Positions 27,201 through 42,200 are shown, counted from the first letter of the stretch. The stretch: DNA of 64,000 nucleotides from Phoronis australis (GCA_002633005.1 NMRA01000046.1:1060596-1124595), one strand, 5' to 3'. The notes: generated by a model not told the origin, from the sequence alone. Numbers and translations: made by a program.

Positions 27201-30200
27201 TGTGAGTGATGTATGAAATTCTTTTGTTTGATCCCACGTGCAAGCGTGTGCAAGTACTTGCCAAGTTGCTAGGCCTGAGTCCCTTTTTCTATTTGACGCC
27301 AAAATGGGATACAAAGTGCTATTTGCGTTACTGCAAATGTTTTAACTTGCCATTGATGTATTCCAATTTATTTTGACATTTTTCATGTTTTATTTTGTTA
27401 AGGTAGGTGGATACACAAAAAAATTAATTTTGACTGTTTTTTTACATTTTTATGTCATCCTAATCTTTAATTCTTGATGCACAGTATACTGAAGAAAAAT
27501 AAAATCATTCTGAAAATCCAAAGTTGTTTTTTTAGCTATATTTGACCAAGCCTCAGTAAGTCATATGGCTCGAGTGCTCACCAGCTCAGTGATTGACAAC
27601 TGGGGCGGAGCTTATATACAAGGACACTAGCTCTAATCTAACCCTGTCAACAAGCATTGCGTAACCGGACAATCGAGAGTGATGTACCAGCTGATATTGG
27701 TGTTGTAGCAAGACCAAGAATAAAACAATTCTATTTTTGACCATGTGAAAGTTGGTAGTGAAATGGTGAACTAGCTCCTGTTCCGAGCCTGAGCCTGTTT
27801 GTNTTGTGTGGAAAAAATCGGATTTTGCCTTAAAATTTCTGCGGAAAATTCGTTTCTAACCGCTTTGAGGAACGAAAATCTTAATTGCCGGAGCACCTGG
27901 GATAGCATGGTTCATCAATGGCGTCTGAATATGGTAGTAAATTGTGGTGGCAAACAGTGCAATACCTGCGGCCAAAAATGCGTGGAGCTTGGAGTAGACT
28001 GAATATTTTGTGGAACAAGTGGATAACAGAAACCGTCAATGTGTTTTTCAAACAACAAAAATCAGAGTTTGCGCTCTGTAAACTTTGACAGAGGGAGAAT
28101 TACGGCATGCGTGGCAGAATCGCCTTGGAATTAGAGGACCACCTGAAAACGATGAAACACAAGAAATAAAAATGCTTTCTAAAAGAAAATTTAATCATAA
28201 GTGGTAATTTGTTGAATTCGGAATGTAATAGCATTGGAATCATTGGATGTGAGTGATGTATGAAATTCTTTTGTTTGATCCCACCTGCAAGCGTCTGCCA
28301 GTACTTGCCAGTTTGCTAGGCCTGAGTCCCATTTTCTATTTGACGCCAAAATGGGATACAAAGTGCTATTTGCGTTACTGCAAATGTTTTAACTTGCCGT
28401 TGATGTATTCCAATTTATTTTGACATTTTTCATGTTTTATTTTGTTAAAAAGTCTTATTGTGACTCACTCGAGTTTTGCAGTTCAACAGTGAAGTGGTCA
28501 CGTGACAGGTTTTGAATGATCTGATTGGTCTAAGCCATTGGTTCAATTGATGTGTTCATAGTTTAAAGTATGTTGTTTTTTGACACTTTTCCATGCTAAC
28601 CAGAGCCACAGGTTTTCGTCTTGACTTTTTTCCATTTGCGTTGGAAATAATTTTTTTGTTGGAATTAAATGTGTATGTATTCAGGCTTTCCAGATAATTT
28701 CTGGATCGATTTTCAATTTTTTTATAATTCTGTATCGTAATTATAAGAACTGAAAATAATTTTACAGGTCTCTGCAGCAAATCAAGAATAAACTTCTGTC
28801 ACTCACACTGCAAATGTTGCATCATTATCTTTATTGTTTTAATTTTTAAAAAATATCTTTTGTTGCATCTAATTGCCTTCATTATTGTTGCTGAAATAGA
28901 TGTCAGGTACTGCTGTTTGGTCATGATTGCAATCCCCCCCTGCTTAAGATGTCGTTTTGCGAACACGACACAGTTACAGGGCTTCTTGTGATAATGTTTA
29001 CTTTCGATCTGTTGAGGTATGGTTGTTTAGATTGCAATGTGTATTTGGAGCAGTAAAAAATTTCCTCTTTTTTGTCATGGGTCATTCCAAGCCCTGTTAA
29101 GACAACGGACAGACGTTTCCATTTGTTGGCATGCAGTATATATTGTAGGCATGTATTAGTGCCATCCAGTAGGTTGCTCCTTAGCCTATAAAAAGCTGGG
29201 CAATACTCAACTATTTGTTAAGGGGTTTCACCGGCAGTACCACACTTGAGATGCACTGGGCTCCCCATATGCCCAGTAATGTGTCTTCTGTCGGGCTAGG
29301 TTACAGTGGCCCGTCAAAATTGAAAGACGTATCGTATGCCCCATATACGTAGCAAGACTCAGACGACTTTTTGAATCTTTTGGTTTGATCATATTGGGAA
29401 TACTGACTTTCTGTTAGTGACATTGATTTGATACAATATGTGAAGGTGCCATACTAATGAGTAACGACATGAATCTACTCATATCATGTTAGTGTATAAT
29501 TATGTTTTAAGTGCTCTCCTGTAGTACCATAAATAGGTTAAGCAGGAAGGCAAATGTTCATTGACCTGCTTCAACTAGAATACTGCTGTTTACTGCCCCA
29601 TACAACAGTACTGCTGTTTACTGCCCCATATAACAATACTGCTGTTTACTGCCCCATACAACAATACTGCTGTTTACTGCCCCATACAACAGTACTGCTG
29701 TTTACTGCCCCATATAACAATACTGCTGTTTACTGCCCATACAACAATACTGCTGTTTACTGCCCCATACAACAATACTGCTGTTTACTGCCCCATACAA
29801 CAATACTGCTGTTTGTTTATGTGTAGCACTTGTCACAGAGAGTGATGTATGGTCATGAGTAACTTTAGTTGTTCTATTTACACTTTATTCTTACATCTTT
29901 TTTCTGAAAGACCATCGATGTCAGTCCAGTCAAAGACAAAAACTGTACTTCTTAGTTTGCCATTATTCTTTTTCAGCTTCATCATATGCCACAACTGTTG
30001 CACCCCTCAATAGTACCGCCAATCATTCATCAGCTCAGGCTCAAACAAAGTCTTTAGCAGACTATGTGACACAGGCTGAAGAATGCACAGTGAAGTACAT
30101 CGATAAAGTGGAGATAGACATAAACAAGACAGCTTATTCTATCAATGTATTGGTTGATTTTCTACAAGGGACAGTAAGTTTGTGCTTAAAACTAGACTTT

Positions 30201-33200
30201 AAATCGGACAAATGTTGGATGTTGTAAAATAGCTATGATGTTGACTATGCTATCTTTGCTTGTGTGTTTAGAAGATCTAGCAAATTGGTCCTGAGTATGT
30301 TGACTTATTTTGAGTAGTTACCAGCATGAAATATGACATTGTTTATTATAAATGTCTTTCCCACCATGAGAAGGTGTCTAAAGGCTTGATTGAACGTGAG
30401 ATAAGGCCATGGTACTCTGCACTATTAACCTTGGGTCAAGCTAGTCAAGCCTAAAACTGTTTAACTGGCACCCTCTTCAGTAAAAGCACTCTACAAAAAT
30501 GGAACATTCATGAGGTCTTATGTTGAATTTGGGACAGTTTCCATGTTTGCTTCAATACCACAGCGTTGAGTTTAAGTTCACAAGCATACAACTATTTTTA
30601 TGATGGTTTTAAAGCTAAGATCAGATGCTCAACCTTTAATAAATTGCTTGCCCTGTAGGGTTGGATGGAGAGAACTATTTTGTTCTACGGCTTCTACTTC
30701 AACAAGACTTACTACAGCGAGGTTGAACAAGGTGAAACTGTCTTCAATATGCCATTGGCATTTCTACTGTGTACGGGAGCTTACTTCTTTGTCAGCCTCG
30801 TCATAATGCTAAATAGGTAACAAGTGTTGTGAATTATGCAAGCTGTTGTCAGTTTGTGTATTTGGGGAATAGCTCCATTTAAAGCTGGCTTCATATGTTG
30901 CCTCATTCTTAGTTTGTTGCATTTCAATGTAGGAATAAACAATTGACATGTGGATTTAATCCAGTGTTTCTGTGTAAATTGCTAGATCAACTCTTGTGGT
31001 TGAAGTCCAGTGACTAACGCAATCAACTGAAGATTACGTTTGAATGCAATAACGTCTTGAATGAACTAGTTATTTTGTTGTAATCCAAATAATTGTTCTA
31101 GAGTACATTTATCAACAGTGCACTATCTTAGTCTAGAACTTACAGCTAGTTTTACAGTACCTTGAGACGAAACAAGTTTTAATAGTACTTCTGAATAAGA
31201 CGTTTTTGTTGCATTACAGTCAGTTCAATTAGTGACATGTCTGGATGAACAGTTTGCCTGCTACTTTAATTTAAAGCTTATTTTTCTGATATCAGCATGG
31301 CCAAAGGTTTGACTGAGAGTATCACGAGTACAAGTGACCGCAGTGTTAACTTCTGTAACAAAGTGTTTTGTGGCTGGGATTATGCACTGAGTGATTTGGC
31401 TATGGCCAAGCTGAAGAGAAAGAACTTACGGATTGAACTTGAGGTAAAACTATTATAGGAGCTGGCATTGTATTAGCAATGTGTTATGGTAAACTGTATG
31501 TTAGAAAAATAAAGTGAGAACACAGAAGTGCAGTATGTCGTAGAATGTGTTGAGGTGACTATAATCGAAGACACATTAAATTAAGAAAGAACTTTGAGTT
31601 AGAAATGAGATGTATCACAATTACCCACTTTCAGTTTTTTGAAGTTCCATGTACGGACTCAATCCTGAGTTGATTTTTTCATTAACTTTTGATTAAATTT
31701 GATTGATTTTCTGTGTTGTTGTCATTTTGCCAACATGCTATGATTTTTTCAGAGTGACCTGGCTGAAGAGAAGAGGAAAGAAGAGAGAAAAAATCGCACA
31801 GCCAGTACCAAGGCTCAGCTTTATGCCATTCGCATAGCGATCAATCTGTTGGTGATGGCAGTTCTAGGGGGGTCCTTCTACTTGATTGTTTTTGTGACAC
31901 AACAACAAAGTGTGGTTAGTAGTTCATAGTTGAAGATGCCCTCACCATATTTACAATGAGCACGTATACCTTCACCACATTTACAATGAGCACGTCTACC
32001 TTCTTCACGTTTACAATTAGCACGTCTACCTTCTTCACATTTACAATGAGCACGTATGCTTTCACCATTTTTTTGTTTCCCAGACCCATATAAAACTTAA
32101 AATACATACTCCAGGCATGCATTGGAGAAATTGCTAATTTTTATTTGCATGTGTAGGTCCAACCACGAAAGAGTGCCTGTGGAGCCATTCGGGAAACAGG
32201 GTGCAAGAACACCCTTGTGGGTTCTTTCAGACTTGAATTGCGTGCCACAGGGTACTTCCATAGCAAATATGGGCAAGATGTCAGTAATTTACAAATTTTG
32301 TGTGCGTAAAAATGATAAGACATTTTAAGTTGTTCATTTGTCAGTGAAATTATTCCTGAACTTTTCCTTGTTTTGCTAGACCTGGATAAACTACTAACAA
32401 AATGAATCCTAGGAAAACCAAAAGTTCAGTTCCTTGACCAATTAAAACCCGTAACCACCAAACTTTACTCAGAAATTTGATTGGCACTGTATTCTCTTAC
32501 TTAAGGAAATGGCAACCACCATTCTTTGCTCAAATCCTTTCAAGAAGTACTCATAGACTAGAACTATCTAGAGTTGCTGTGGAAGTCCATCTGTCTGTCC
32601 AGTTTCCAGCGTCCGCTGCTCTGTCTCCAAAACCCTGTGACTTATGTTCATGAAATTTTGTGTTCCTATCATGGATGGGACGGCATGAGCGAACTTTTGG
32701 ACGTATCTGAGTACCGATGTGCCTCCTAGTGGCAATTTTAGTTTTTTACGTTGTTAGATATGTTAGGTTTTCCCGCTAGTGGGGGCAGTGTTGAGTTTGA
32801 TCGGGGAGTTCTAGTTGGTTGGCAAGGGTATTCAGAGAATTCAGATCATGTCTGCTCACCATCCAAGAAGGACGCGCAACCGCTTTCTCCTCAGACAGCG
32901 CTCAGAACATCTGTTGAGATAATACGTATTAAGACAATACTGGAAGCATATGGACAATGGTGAAGCTAAACATTACAAAGGAGAACCACGGTGTTATTAT
33001 TACATGCACAGCGTCCAAAGAAAGACTAAAGTACCTCTCTGCTAACTTGTCTATTACACATCTCGTAGCTGCCGGACCGACAGAACTGAAATTTGCAATC
33101 TTGGAACCACTTCTCACTCACCTACCTGAACGACGGATGAGACAGCCTTGATTGTTGAGAACCATAACGTCAGTTGTTTTACTGATCATGTGTATTTTCG

Positions 33201-36200
33201 TTTATATTACCGTAACATATAAATTGGTGGCTTGTCCGGGATCTGTACTGTAGAAAAATTTAGACAGTGGGAATAGTTATGAGTTGAGTTAGTTCAGACT
33301 GTTAAGGTTAAGAGTTTAGTACAGACTGTTAGAGTCATGAGTTTAATTCATTCTGTTGGTAGTTTGAGTTCAGTCTGTTAGTGGTGACCCTCTTTTGCCA
33401 AGTGCAAGTGTGTGACGTATTCAATAGAAAGTGTATTCAGCATTGTCTTACTGAATTGGGTGGTATTGAAGTCGAATTGTGACGGGTGGATTTGAGATAT
33501 TATGCGCTACCTAGTGGCCATTCTTTCTGTTTTTGAGTATGTTTTTTGGCATCCGCCCCTCTATCAACCAAACCATTCTAAGAATAATTTTGAAAATTTG
33601 CATAAATGTTTTCAGTATGAAGAGGAAGATTGATGGTGATTACTTCAACTAATGTGGTGCCTCCTAGTGGTAGTTTTGTTTTGTTTTGTTTTGCACCCAT
33701 AGCTGTATCTCCTAAACCTACTGCAGAATCTAGCAGATTTAGTAAGTGTATTTATATGAAGTTATCAGATGACGACTTTCAGATTAGATGGATCCGACGA
33801 ACGCTGTGCTCCCTAGTGGCAATTTCATTTTTTTCTGTTTCCTTTGTTTCTCTGGAGTTCCGTGACAGATTTTTGTGAAATTAGTTAAGTAGCTCTCTAT
33901 TAATGAAACAATGGTATTTTGCCCGATTTCGGATGGATTCGACGTAATTTTCGTGGGCGCATTTCAACACTCCGCGTTGTCTTGTAGGGAATTTTTTGAA
34001 TGAGGGTAAATTCTCCCCTGTGGTCACTAAGCTGCCTCTGGTCATCACCAATTCCACACTTCCCTCAACACAGACCCTGGTCGTCACCCCTCATTGCCTA
34101 AAGTAGCCAGAACTATTATGTTTCAGCTGATTCCAAAGGAGTGCCTTATACTTTGCTTAGATTACACCAACCATCAATTCTGTGTCTTTCCTTAGAATTG
34201 TACTAGCCTAAGTTGTAGGGTGTCGAGTAAATGAATGCTATGAATTACTTTCTGTTCTCAATATGATATGATCACCCCAAAACTTACAATAAACTGAACC
34301 AGATTGTGTTCTCCACAGCAAAGTATGAGTATGAACAAGGTAGAGTCCCAGGTCAAGTGTAGGCCTTTTCTTCACTTGATGAAACCTTATGATTCAGGTG
34401 GTATGTTTGAGTTGAAGTGACTCTAATCTTTGAGCTTTTTTATCATTTGAAGGGAATTATTGGATCAGGAGTGGGGAATTTTTTGAATTTCAAATGTTTT
34501 CCAAAGGGAATGAAGGTTCAACATGCACGTATTGAGGTCTCATGCACGTATTGAGGTCTCATGCACGTATTGAGGTCTCATGCACGTATTGAGGTCTCAT
34601 GCACGTATTGAGGTCTCATGCATGTATTGAGGTCTGTAGGGGCTTGAGTGTCAAAACATTTGATGGATTGAATTTGCAAACATGACTTTAGAAAATTTTA
34701 TGAATTTCATAACTTTGTGCTTTGTAGAGGATACTGAATTAACAAACTAATTATTCAATTGTAATGTGCATCTGCTGTGGTTATTTCTATAGGAATACCA
34801 ATAGATTATTATTTGCTTGCTGTTTCTTTCAGTTGCTTAAAGATGTATCGGATGAATTCCTCACCTTGCTTGTACAGTTCTTACCATCTTTGACCATCAC
34901 AGTTCTCTACTTTATTCTGCCTCTTGGATTTGAATTTTTGATCCAATATGAACAGTACAGCCCTGAATTTGAGATTGAGATTTCGCTCTTCAGGTAGGAT
35001 GTTGTTATTGCTTGCTGTTGGCATTGATAATTAAGGTTTACGTAGAACAAAAGTAAACTCTGCAACTGAACTGATTTTGAACTGTTTCGTCTATGGAGGT
35101 CTTAACTCTGTCACTAGGTGGCGATAGTATTCCGTCCATGAGTCTGTTCACATAGAACTGCCAAGTAGCATATAATGGAAATGGATGACATTTCAAGAGT
35201 GCACTAAAAATAGTTTAGTAAAGATACAGTTTATGAGAAGTTGCTAAAGCAGAACTGGTTGCTTGACATTGTTTTTGATGTCCGATCTTACAAGATAGTG
35301 TCATTCTTTTTTCATTTGGAAATACCGTATCTGGTTCCATGTGATTTGGAGATAATCTGACTGGATCTAAGTAAAATATGCATTAGCATTGGATTATGGC
35401 GTAAATGGGTCTGCACTTTCTAGCCCAAAAAATTACCCACCTTTACGTACATTTGGCTGGAATTGTGTTGTTTCACAAGCCATTCTTATAATTCTTTTGT
35501 GAGTTTCTGTGTCCAATTCTTTTGTGTCGAGATATTTGAATTATAACTCTCTTATCAATGTTTCTGTTTTGTAACTAAGTGATTATGTGTAGTAATCACC
35601 TCACCTCTTAGGCCCATGCTCTGCTTTTGTTCCAGGATTGTGTTTGTGCGCCTTGCATCACTCGCTGTTCTCATAATAACAGCCTATGTGGAGATTGGCG
35701 GTGAAAAGTGTGGTGATGCACAAGAACAAAAAACGTGTGGCAACTGTCCGTCAGTGAACACCGGGGTGAGTGTAAGGCACAGTTTGCCACTATGCTTGGT
35801 TGTTTTGTAAACCTACCTAGACAATGGCCTAGGAAAGCAAGATGGATTTGTTTTTCTTTTTAATATAGTCACAAAATATGAAATTTGAGCTTTTTAAATC
35901 ATGCTGTGAACATTCCCATTAAACAAGATGACGTCACAACCCCACTGATCAGGGAAAACCGTGGGGTTTGGCCGATTGAACTAGATCGTATTTATCCACC
36001 TTGGCTGCGTTGCACTCGGCTCACGATCAAAGGGATCCCTCCTAGCTGTTCTCTTCATCAAGTCACAAGCGAGGATAATTGGCTTCGCTCATGCGGATAC
36101 GATCAGCTGATTACAATCTAGCCTAAATGACTGTACTTTTTAGGAAGAGCGTTTTAGGTTGTTTTGAGTGTAATTTGAAAAGAGGAGAGAAAAAAACGTT

Positions 36201-39200
36201 GGTACAACTTTGAATTTTTAAAATCGGTCCAGAATAAGAGATTTAGCAACACAGCAACACTCAAGATTACTTTCATTCGGCACGCGCGAATACAAAAATA
36301 TAGGACCCGTTATTTAGATTTTGGAACACATGCTTTGCAATATTCAAAATACGTTTATTATAGCTCTTCCAAGATGTAAAACGATGTTGTTCAATTTCAT
36401 TGTGGTCATTCATTGCTGGCTGACTATAGGTACCACTGTGTTAGACCCAGAAATTTCACACAGCCCGGGTAGCTCACCTCTTCCCCAACATGTAGATCGA
36501 GCTTAGGACCATTAATCTTTTACTCCACGGCAGAGGTAACGACCGTCGGCCTGTGCACACAAAATGTGTGAGTTAACTGGCACTTACCTTGCACGTTGCA
36601 GCCGTTTAAGTGAAATACAATCTAATAAATGCCATTTTCTTGCATAATCTTCCGCCTTTTGTAACAAAAGTCTGTCGTCAATGACCTGCAGGTGCTCTCA
36701 CTCTCATACGCAGACGAACTTCAAAACGAACGTCACGTGGAAACGACATGTGTGTTCATCCAGAGATTTTTCTTGTGTTCTGGGGTATGATGTAGTGCAG
36801 ATTTGGACTTAATCGCAATTAATCTGGACTCCACATTAACTTAAAAAAATGTAAAACATGAGGATTTCAAGTAATTTGTTGTGTCGAAACTGTATTTTTA
36901 TTCAAGAATTCAAGTTTTCCTGTCGACGATCGCGATTCAGTGACATATCAGTTGGCAAGTTTTCGCCCTGGGATTTCAGCACAATTTTTGAAAAATGATC
37001 GTAATTTAACTACGGAGTTTGATAGCAATGCACCACAATTTTGTAGAAAGACTGTCATAGGCTACAAATACGTCACAGAGCATAAATTTAATAAATCCTA
37101 GCTTCCGATTTTACCCATTTCGGAAACCGGGTTTCTGAACTGCCTTAGGCTACAATAAACGTCCACTCCCCGTGAAATAAATTTTTGTAAGCGCCCGGTA
37201 TACAGCTTTCCACCAAGGCTAGGTGATGCTACGACATATGCTTTGTTGCTTGTACGGATTGTTGCCAATTTTTTATTGTTTCCATAGCATAATGATGGCG
37301 GAAATGAAAACTTTGCATATTTGAATTTTAATGTTTGCATAATCCAGAAAATCAGAGGTCGGTAAACAAAGTTTTTTAAAACACTTTCGGTGAAAAACTA
37401 GCAGAAGATGCCCACTCTTTCAAAATTGCCATGAAGGTATTAACTATTCCATGCAGCGTTATTTAACTGGTCTTGGTTAACTATCATTTTATGGCCTGGT
37501 CATCCATTCAGCCAAAAGTAGTTCCATAGGTGGCTTATCAGCCAATTATTCATGCATGATGACTCACAATAGAAGCCTGAAAAGATTGAAAGTGGATAAA
37601 TGCAGTGTTCCTACAGTTTCTTGTGGTAGTGGATGTGTTCACGACATGATAAAGTTACATTTCTGAAACTCTGCATCTTGGTTTATCCTTTAGAAGGTGA
37701 ACAGTTGTCCATTAAATGTAATTTTACTCTGACTTTCTCCTAGAGTTACCGTAATCGTTCGGATTAACGCCCTGGGCGGTTAAATTGGCGAATCCAAAAA
37801 ATCGGGGGAGTGCGGTTAACCGAGCAGTGGGCGGTTAAATCGAAAATCCACCTAAAGTAGGGGATGGGCGGTTAACCGAACATGGGCGCTTATTACGACA
37901 GACAACCTCCCTGGGTGGTTAATCTTACCTGGTGATCTAAATCCCGACACGACAATCATACTCGGAACGCGTAGCCCTTTTCAAAGAGCTTTATCGTCAC
38001 GTCGCCAAATGATTGTGAAAACATCATAACAGCGCATGATCCCAACAAAGGTTCTCTTGCCCTCAGATTAGTCATTCACTATTAAATTTACAAAATTGCT
38101 GAGTAATAGTCCTGTGCCGTCCTGCGGTGCGCAGACGACCAGTGACCTCGCAGCCTCCACTAGAATTAAAACTGTTTCAAGATGTGACCCTGCTTAAGTG
38201 CGCGCGTGCAAGCTTCACGTGTTGCAGAGGTCAGACATCAAATTTATGGTTATAGCCTTGTACTATATGTAGCTGTCAAGTTCCGACTCAGAGAGCAGTT
38301 TTAAAATTGGTTGTACTAAAAGTTTGAAAAACTTAACTCTGTTGTTTTTTGTGTTTGGGATGTTATAGTCGACACTCCGTGACTCAATGACATTTTCTGC
38401 GTATGGTTCTGCGGCTAGCTGTCTTATCTCGACAGCCCGGCATTGCTCTCTTGCCGTTGCGCCAAGCATGCTATGCAAAGAAGTGAGACAAGGATCGGGG
38501 GTGGTCGAGCCAGTCGTCGATCAAGAATAAAATTTCAAGCAACTGCATAAATATGTTAAAAAATGTCAGAAAACAGTAATGTTTCAATTCATTAATCTAA
38601 ACGATCACCTTACCAAACTTCGTGGTGGAAAAACATTTATTTTTCATGGAAGATGTCCAGATTATCCTATTTATAACACTTGTAATATCGCACTGCGGCA
38701 CTGTTTGGTCCCGCTGTTATCAGTCGGCTGACAATCGTGACTTGGAAATGCCGTCAAGTAATATAACGGCCTTTTTCAATATGCATCTCGTTTTTTATGG
38801 CCAAAGATAGTGGCGGTATTCAGCACGCACGTAGGGCCTACGTGTGAGTCACCTGTCAATCACATGTTGGTGTCAAGGTAACATGCACTCCAAAGTGTGG
38901 GAACTTGCGCACGTGCACCACTACAAATCAGTCACACATAGCAACAGTCCGAAGTAACAAAAACGGGCGTGACTATGTGCTTTTAAGCTGTTGTTACGAA
39001 AGACCCAGTTCTTTACGATATTCCTCCGTTGCCAATGTTCCCCAAAACTGCGATGTCAAGTCTATTCCCATATTTCCTGGCTCGATGCTCCCTAAGCCCA
39101 TCCCTGTAACTAGCTGTGTGAATCTCCTACCCACTATAGTCAAGCAGACTACGTCGTAGATATTTCAGACTCGAATGGTAACAATTTTTGTTCAGGCTGA

Positions 39201-42200
39201 AAATGGCCAATGTATAAACAAAGTTATTCTGGATGGCTAAAAAGGGGATATAGAAACGATTTTTCACAGTCACGTTTACGTGCAGGCTGACGCAAGAATA
39301 GTAAAGAACAGCCAGCGACATTAGTTAAATCTGCTAACCAGTTTGACTGCGATGCAATAAGCGAAAAACAAAATTTGACTAGCCGTTTTTTTATTACTTC
39401 AAGATCATACACAAACATACATTATTGTCAACCTTTGAATTCAGAAATCGACAGGCAGCAACGAAATCGGTAACCCAGTAAGGCACTTGTACTGTCCCTT
39501 CGGTCGCCCCACATCCTCTATAACCCGGCAGTTATATTCATCAAAATATTGAGAATTTTACATCTTTCCGTGAGTTGTGATATTTGTTCAAAATACGAGA
39601 GCTTCCCACCTTAATAGAATTTGGAGGGTTGGCAAAACCATTGTCACATTTCTCTGGCCTGATTTTTTCGAATATATGTGTTATCTAGTGCACTGCAGAC
39701 AGAAGCTCAGCGCGGCAGACAAAGTCGCTGAAAGCGGAGGTTTTGACGCCGGCGGCATTCTTAAACTTTGCAAACAAGGGAAGAAAATAAAGTGACAAAA
39801 AGGTTCAAGTATTATATTTTGAAGTGAGTTCATGACCCAAGACAACTCGTTACTTGTATTGTAATTCAGATTGCTAAACCACCGTCTCGGAGTCCCGGAG
39901 TCGCTGCACTCATTGTGATCGTCGATCTTTTTCTAAAAGTCGGGGAATCGCGCGTTTCCTTAGCACTAGGCGCTAAATCTTTATTCTTTAAAAGTCGGGG
40001 ATGGGCGCTTAACCGAGAGGTGGGCGCTTAGCTGGAAATCTTCAAAAATCGCAGGGGGCGCTTAACCGAGCAGTGGGCGGTTAAATCGAAAATCCACTTA
40101 AAGTCGGGGATAGGCGGTTAACTGAGCATGGGCGTTAACCCGAACGATTACGGTATGTTAGGGTACATCTCCCATAGTTATGTTGGGGGACATCTCCCCT
40201 AGTTATGTTGGGGGACATCTCCCATAGTTATGTTGGGNCATCTCCCGTTGTCATGCCAGAGTACATCTGCCATGTTAGAGTGTTTTCTTGCGAAGCTTAG
40301 TGTTGGTTGTCCAGTTGTCCTTTTGATATGACTTCTCAAACATTTTTGAAACCTAACACAAGTAAGATATCTTTCAACCTTTTAGTGGTTCTATGTGTGT
40401 ATTTTATGCAGGGCGTTGGATACCCTTCGTTTTCACTATGGCACATTGGTCTTTATTTATGCATCTGAAAAAGACATTCCAAGGCCATTTGCGATGCCAC
40501 TAGTGTGTGTGTTGCCATGATCCATCTCAGCACTTCATTGTTGTAGTGCCTCTGAACATGAAGTTACTGCAGCATTCATCATTTTGATTTGCAGTCATGC
40601 AATGAGTTGTAGTGCAGACATTAAGAAACAGGGCAAGGTGGAAAATATTTGTGGTTGTGCGTCATCATTTTTTTGATTGTCACATTCAGCTCTGACTGAT
40701 GACTTGAAATGTGTGACATTTGGAGAATTTGGTCAGTCGTACTGTGCATGTTCTTTACGCTGTGAAATAGAACCTCTTGGGGGATGTGTCTGGTCAAGGC
40801 TTTTTGTTGCTCTAGGTTTTGATTGAATGAAATATGAAGGAAATTTTGCTGTAATCAAACGCTTCCTTAAAGCCATGACATATTTTCTGGTGTAAAAAAC
40901 TTTCTTCTTAGGCGTCATGTTTGAATAGATTTTTTTTCCAATAAAAGTCAAGGAATTCCCTTGATGGACAAACTACTTGGGCAGCTGAGGTGAACCCACT
41001 GCGACGTTCAAATTTGATTAGCCTGTTCACAATCAGTAATGAAAAATCAGTTCTTCCCAAAGCTAGAAATGATGTCTATACACCCACATTTGGTTGCTTA
41101 GTGCTGCATAATGTTGTCATATTGTTTAGTTGGTCGATTGTGTGCTTCATATCTCAAAAACACCTTTCCTGATTTTTATGAAATTTGTCACACGGATATG
41201 TGATGCTACTAGGGTGGCACATGTCACTGTACAATCTGCCCTGCTAGCAGAGGTCAGTTTTTGAACAGATTCAAACACAACAACACTCTTAGTGGCCATT
41301 TTAGTTTCGACAAGCAGATAGTTAAGTACTTTTGAGTGGAAGAACATTTACAGATGATATCTACAGAACTAATTAAAGAATTTCTAAAAAACTTATCACA
41401 TTGAAATTCGACAGCGATCTGTTACCACGGGATGATTTTTAGATGGATTCGGCTACCTCAGCAGGGGACTGTTTCAGTATTTTTTGGGAAGAGTTTGCGG
41501 AAAATACCTAGAGAACCATATGACATGCTGCTACTATGTGATGGCAATGTGCCAGCACCTGTCAATTTTTGGGCGGATGTGTCTGCGGCATTCCGGAGTA
41601 GCCATTGGAGCTTTACTTTTTAACGCAAATAGCAATTCCAGATGATATTCAGTGTACTGTTTGATGGATTTCAGTGAGACAGATCTGTATGACGGCATTG
41701 CCTCAGTGAATTTGTGGAGTCATTTTTTATTCTGCCTCACCAGGAGGCACTGATTTTCAAACTTCAATGAAACTTTATACAATGGCTTGTGGTGGCAATC
41801 AGACGGCACCAGTTGATTCAGCTTCTCCAGCACCCCTTAGTGGTCATGTTGTCTGATTTTGTAGCTGTCAGCTTGATATTTCAAACGTACCCTGGCAGAT
41901 TCTTTTAAAATTATAGTATCGTGTTGTGGCAGAATGTGATGTATGTTGTCATTAAAATTACTAAATTTTGAATGTTTCAGTGCTGGGAGACCTACATATT
42001 TAGAATGTTTCAGTGCTGGGAGACCTACATATTTTGAATGTTTCAGTGCTGGGAGACCTACATATTTTGAATGTCTCAGTGCTGGGAGACCTACAAATTT
42101 TGAATGTTTCAGTGCTGGGAGACCTACATTGGCCAGCAAATCTACAAGTTGGTTATACTGGACTTTCTGGTTCACGTTGGTGTCACCATTGTTGAGTTAA

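Noticed and set aside
32560-34100. Repeat family with recurring cctagtggc motifs (similar at ~41100-41870)
   Set aside because: Likely an old non-autonomous element, but I could not define its ends or TSD.
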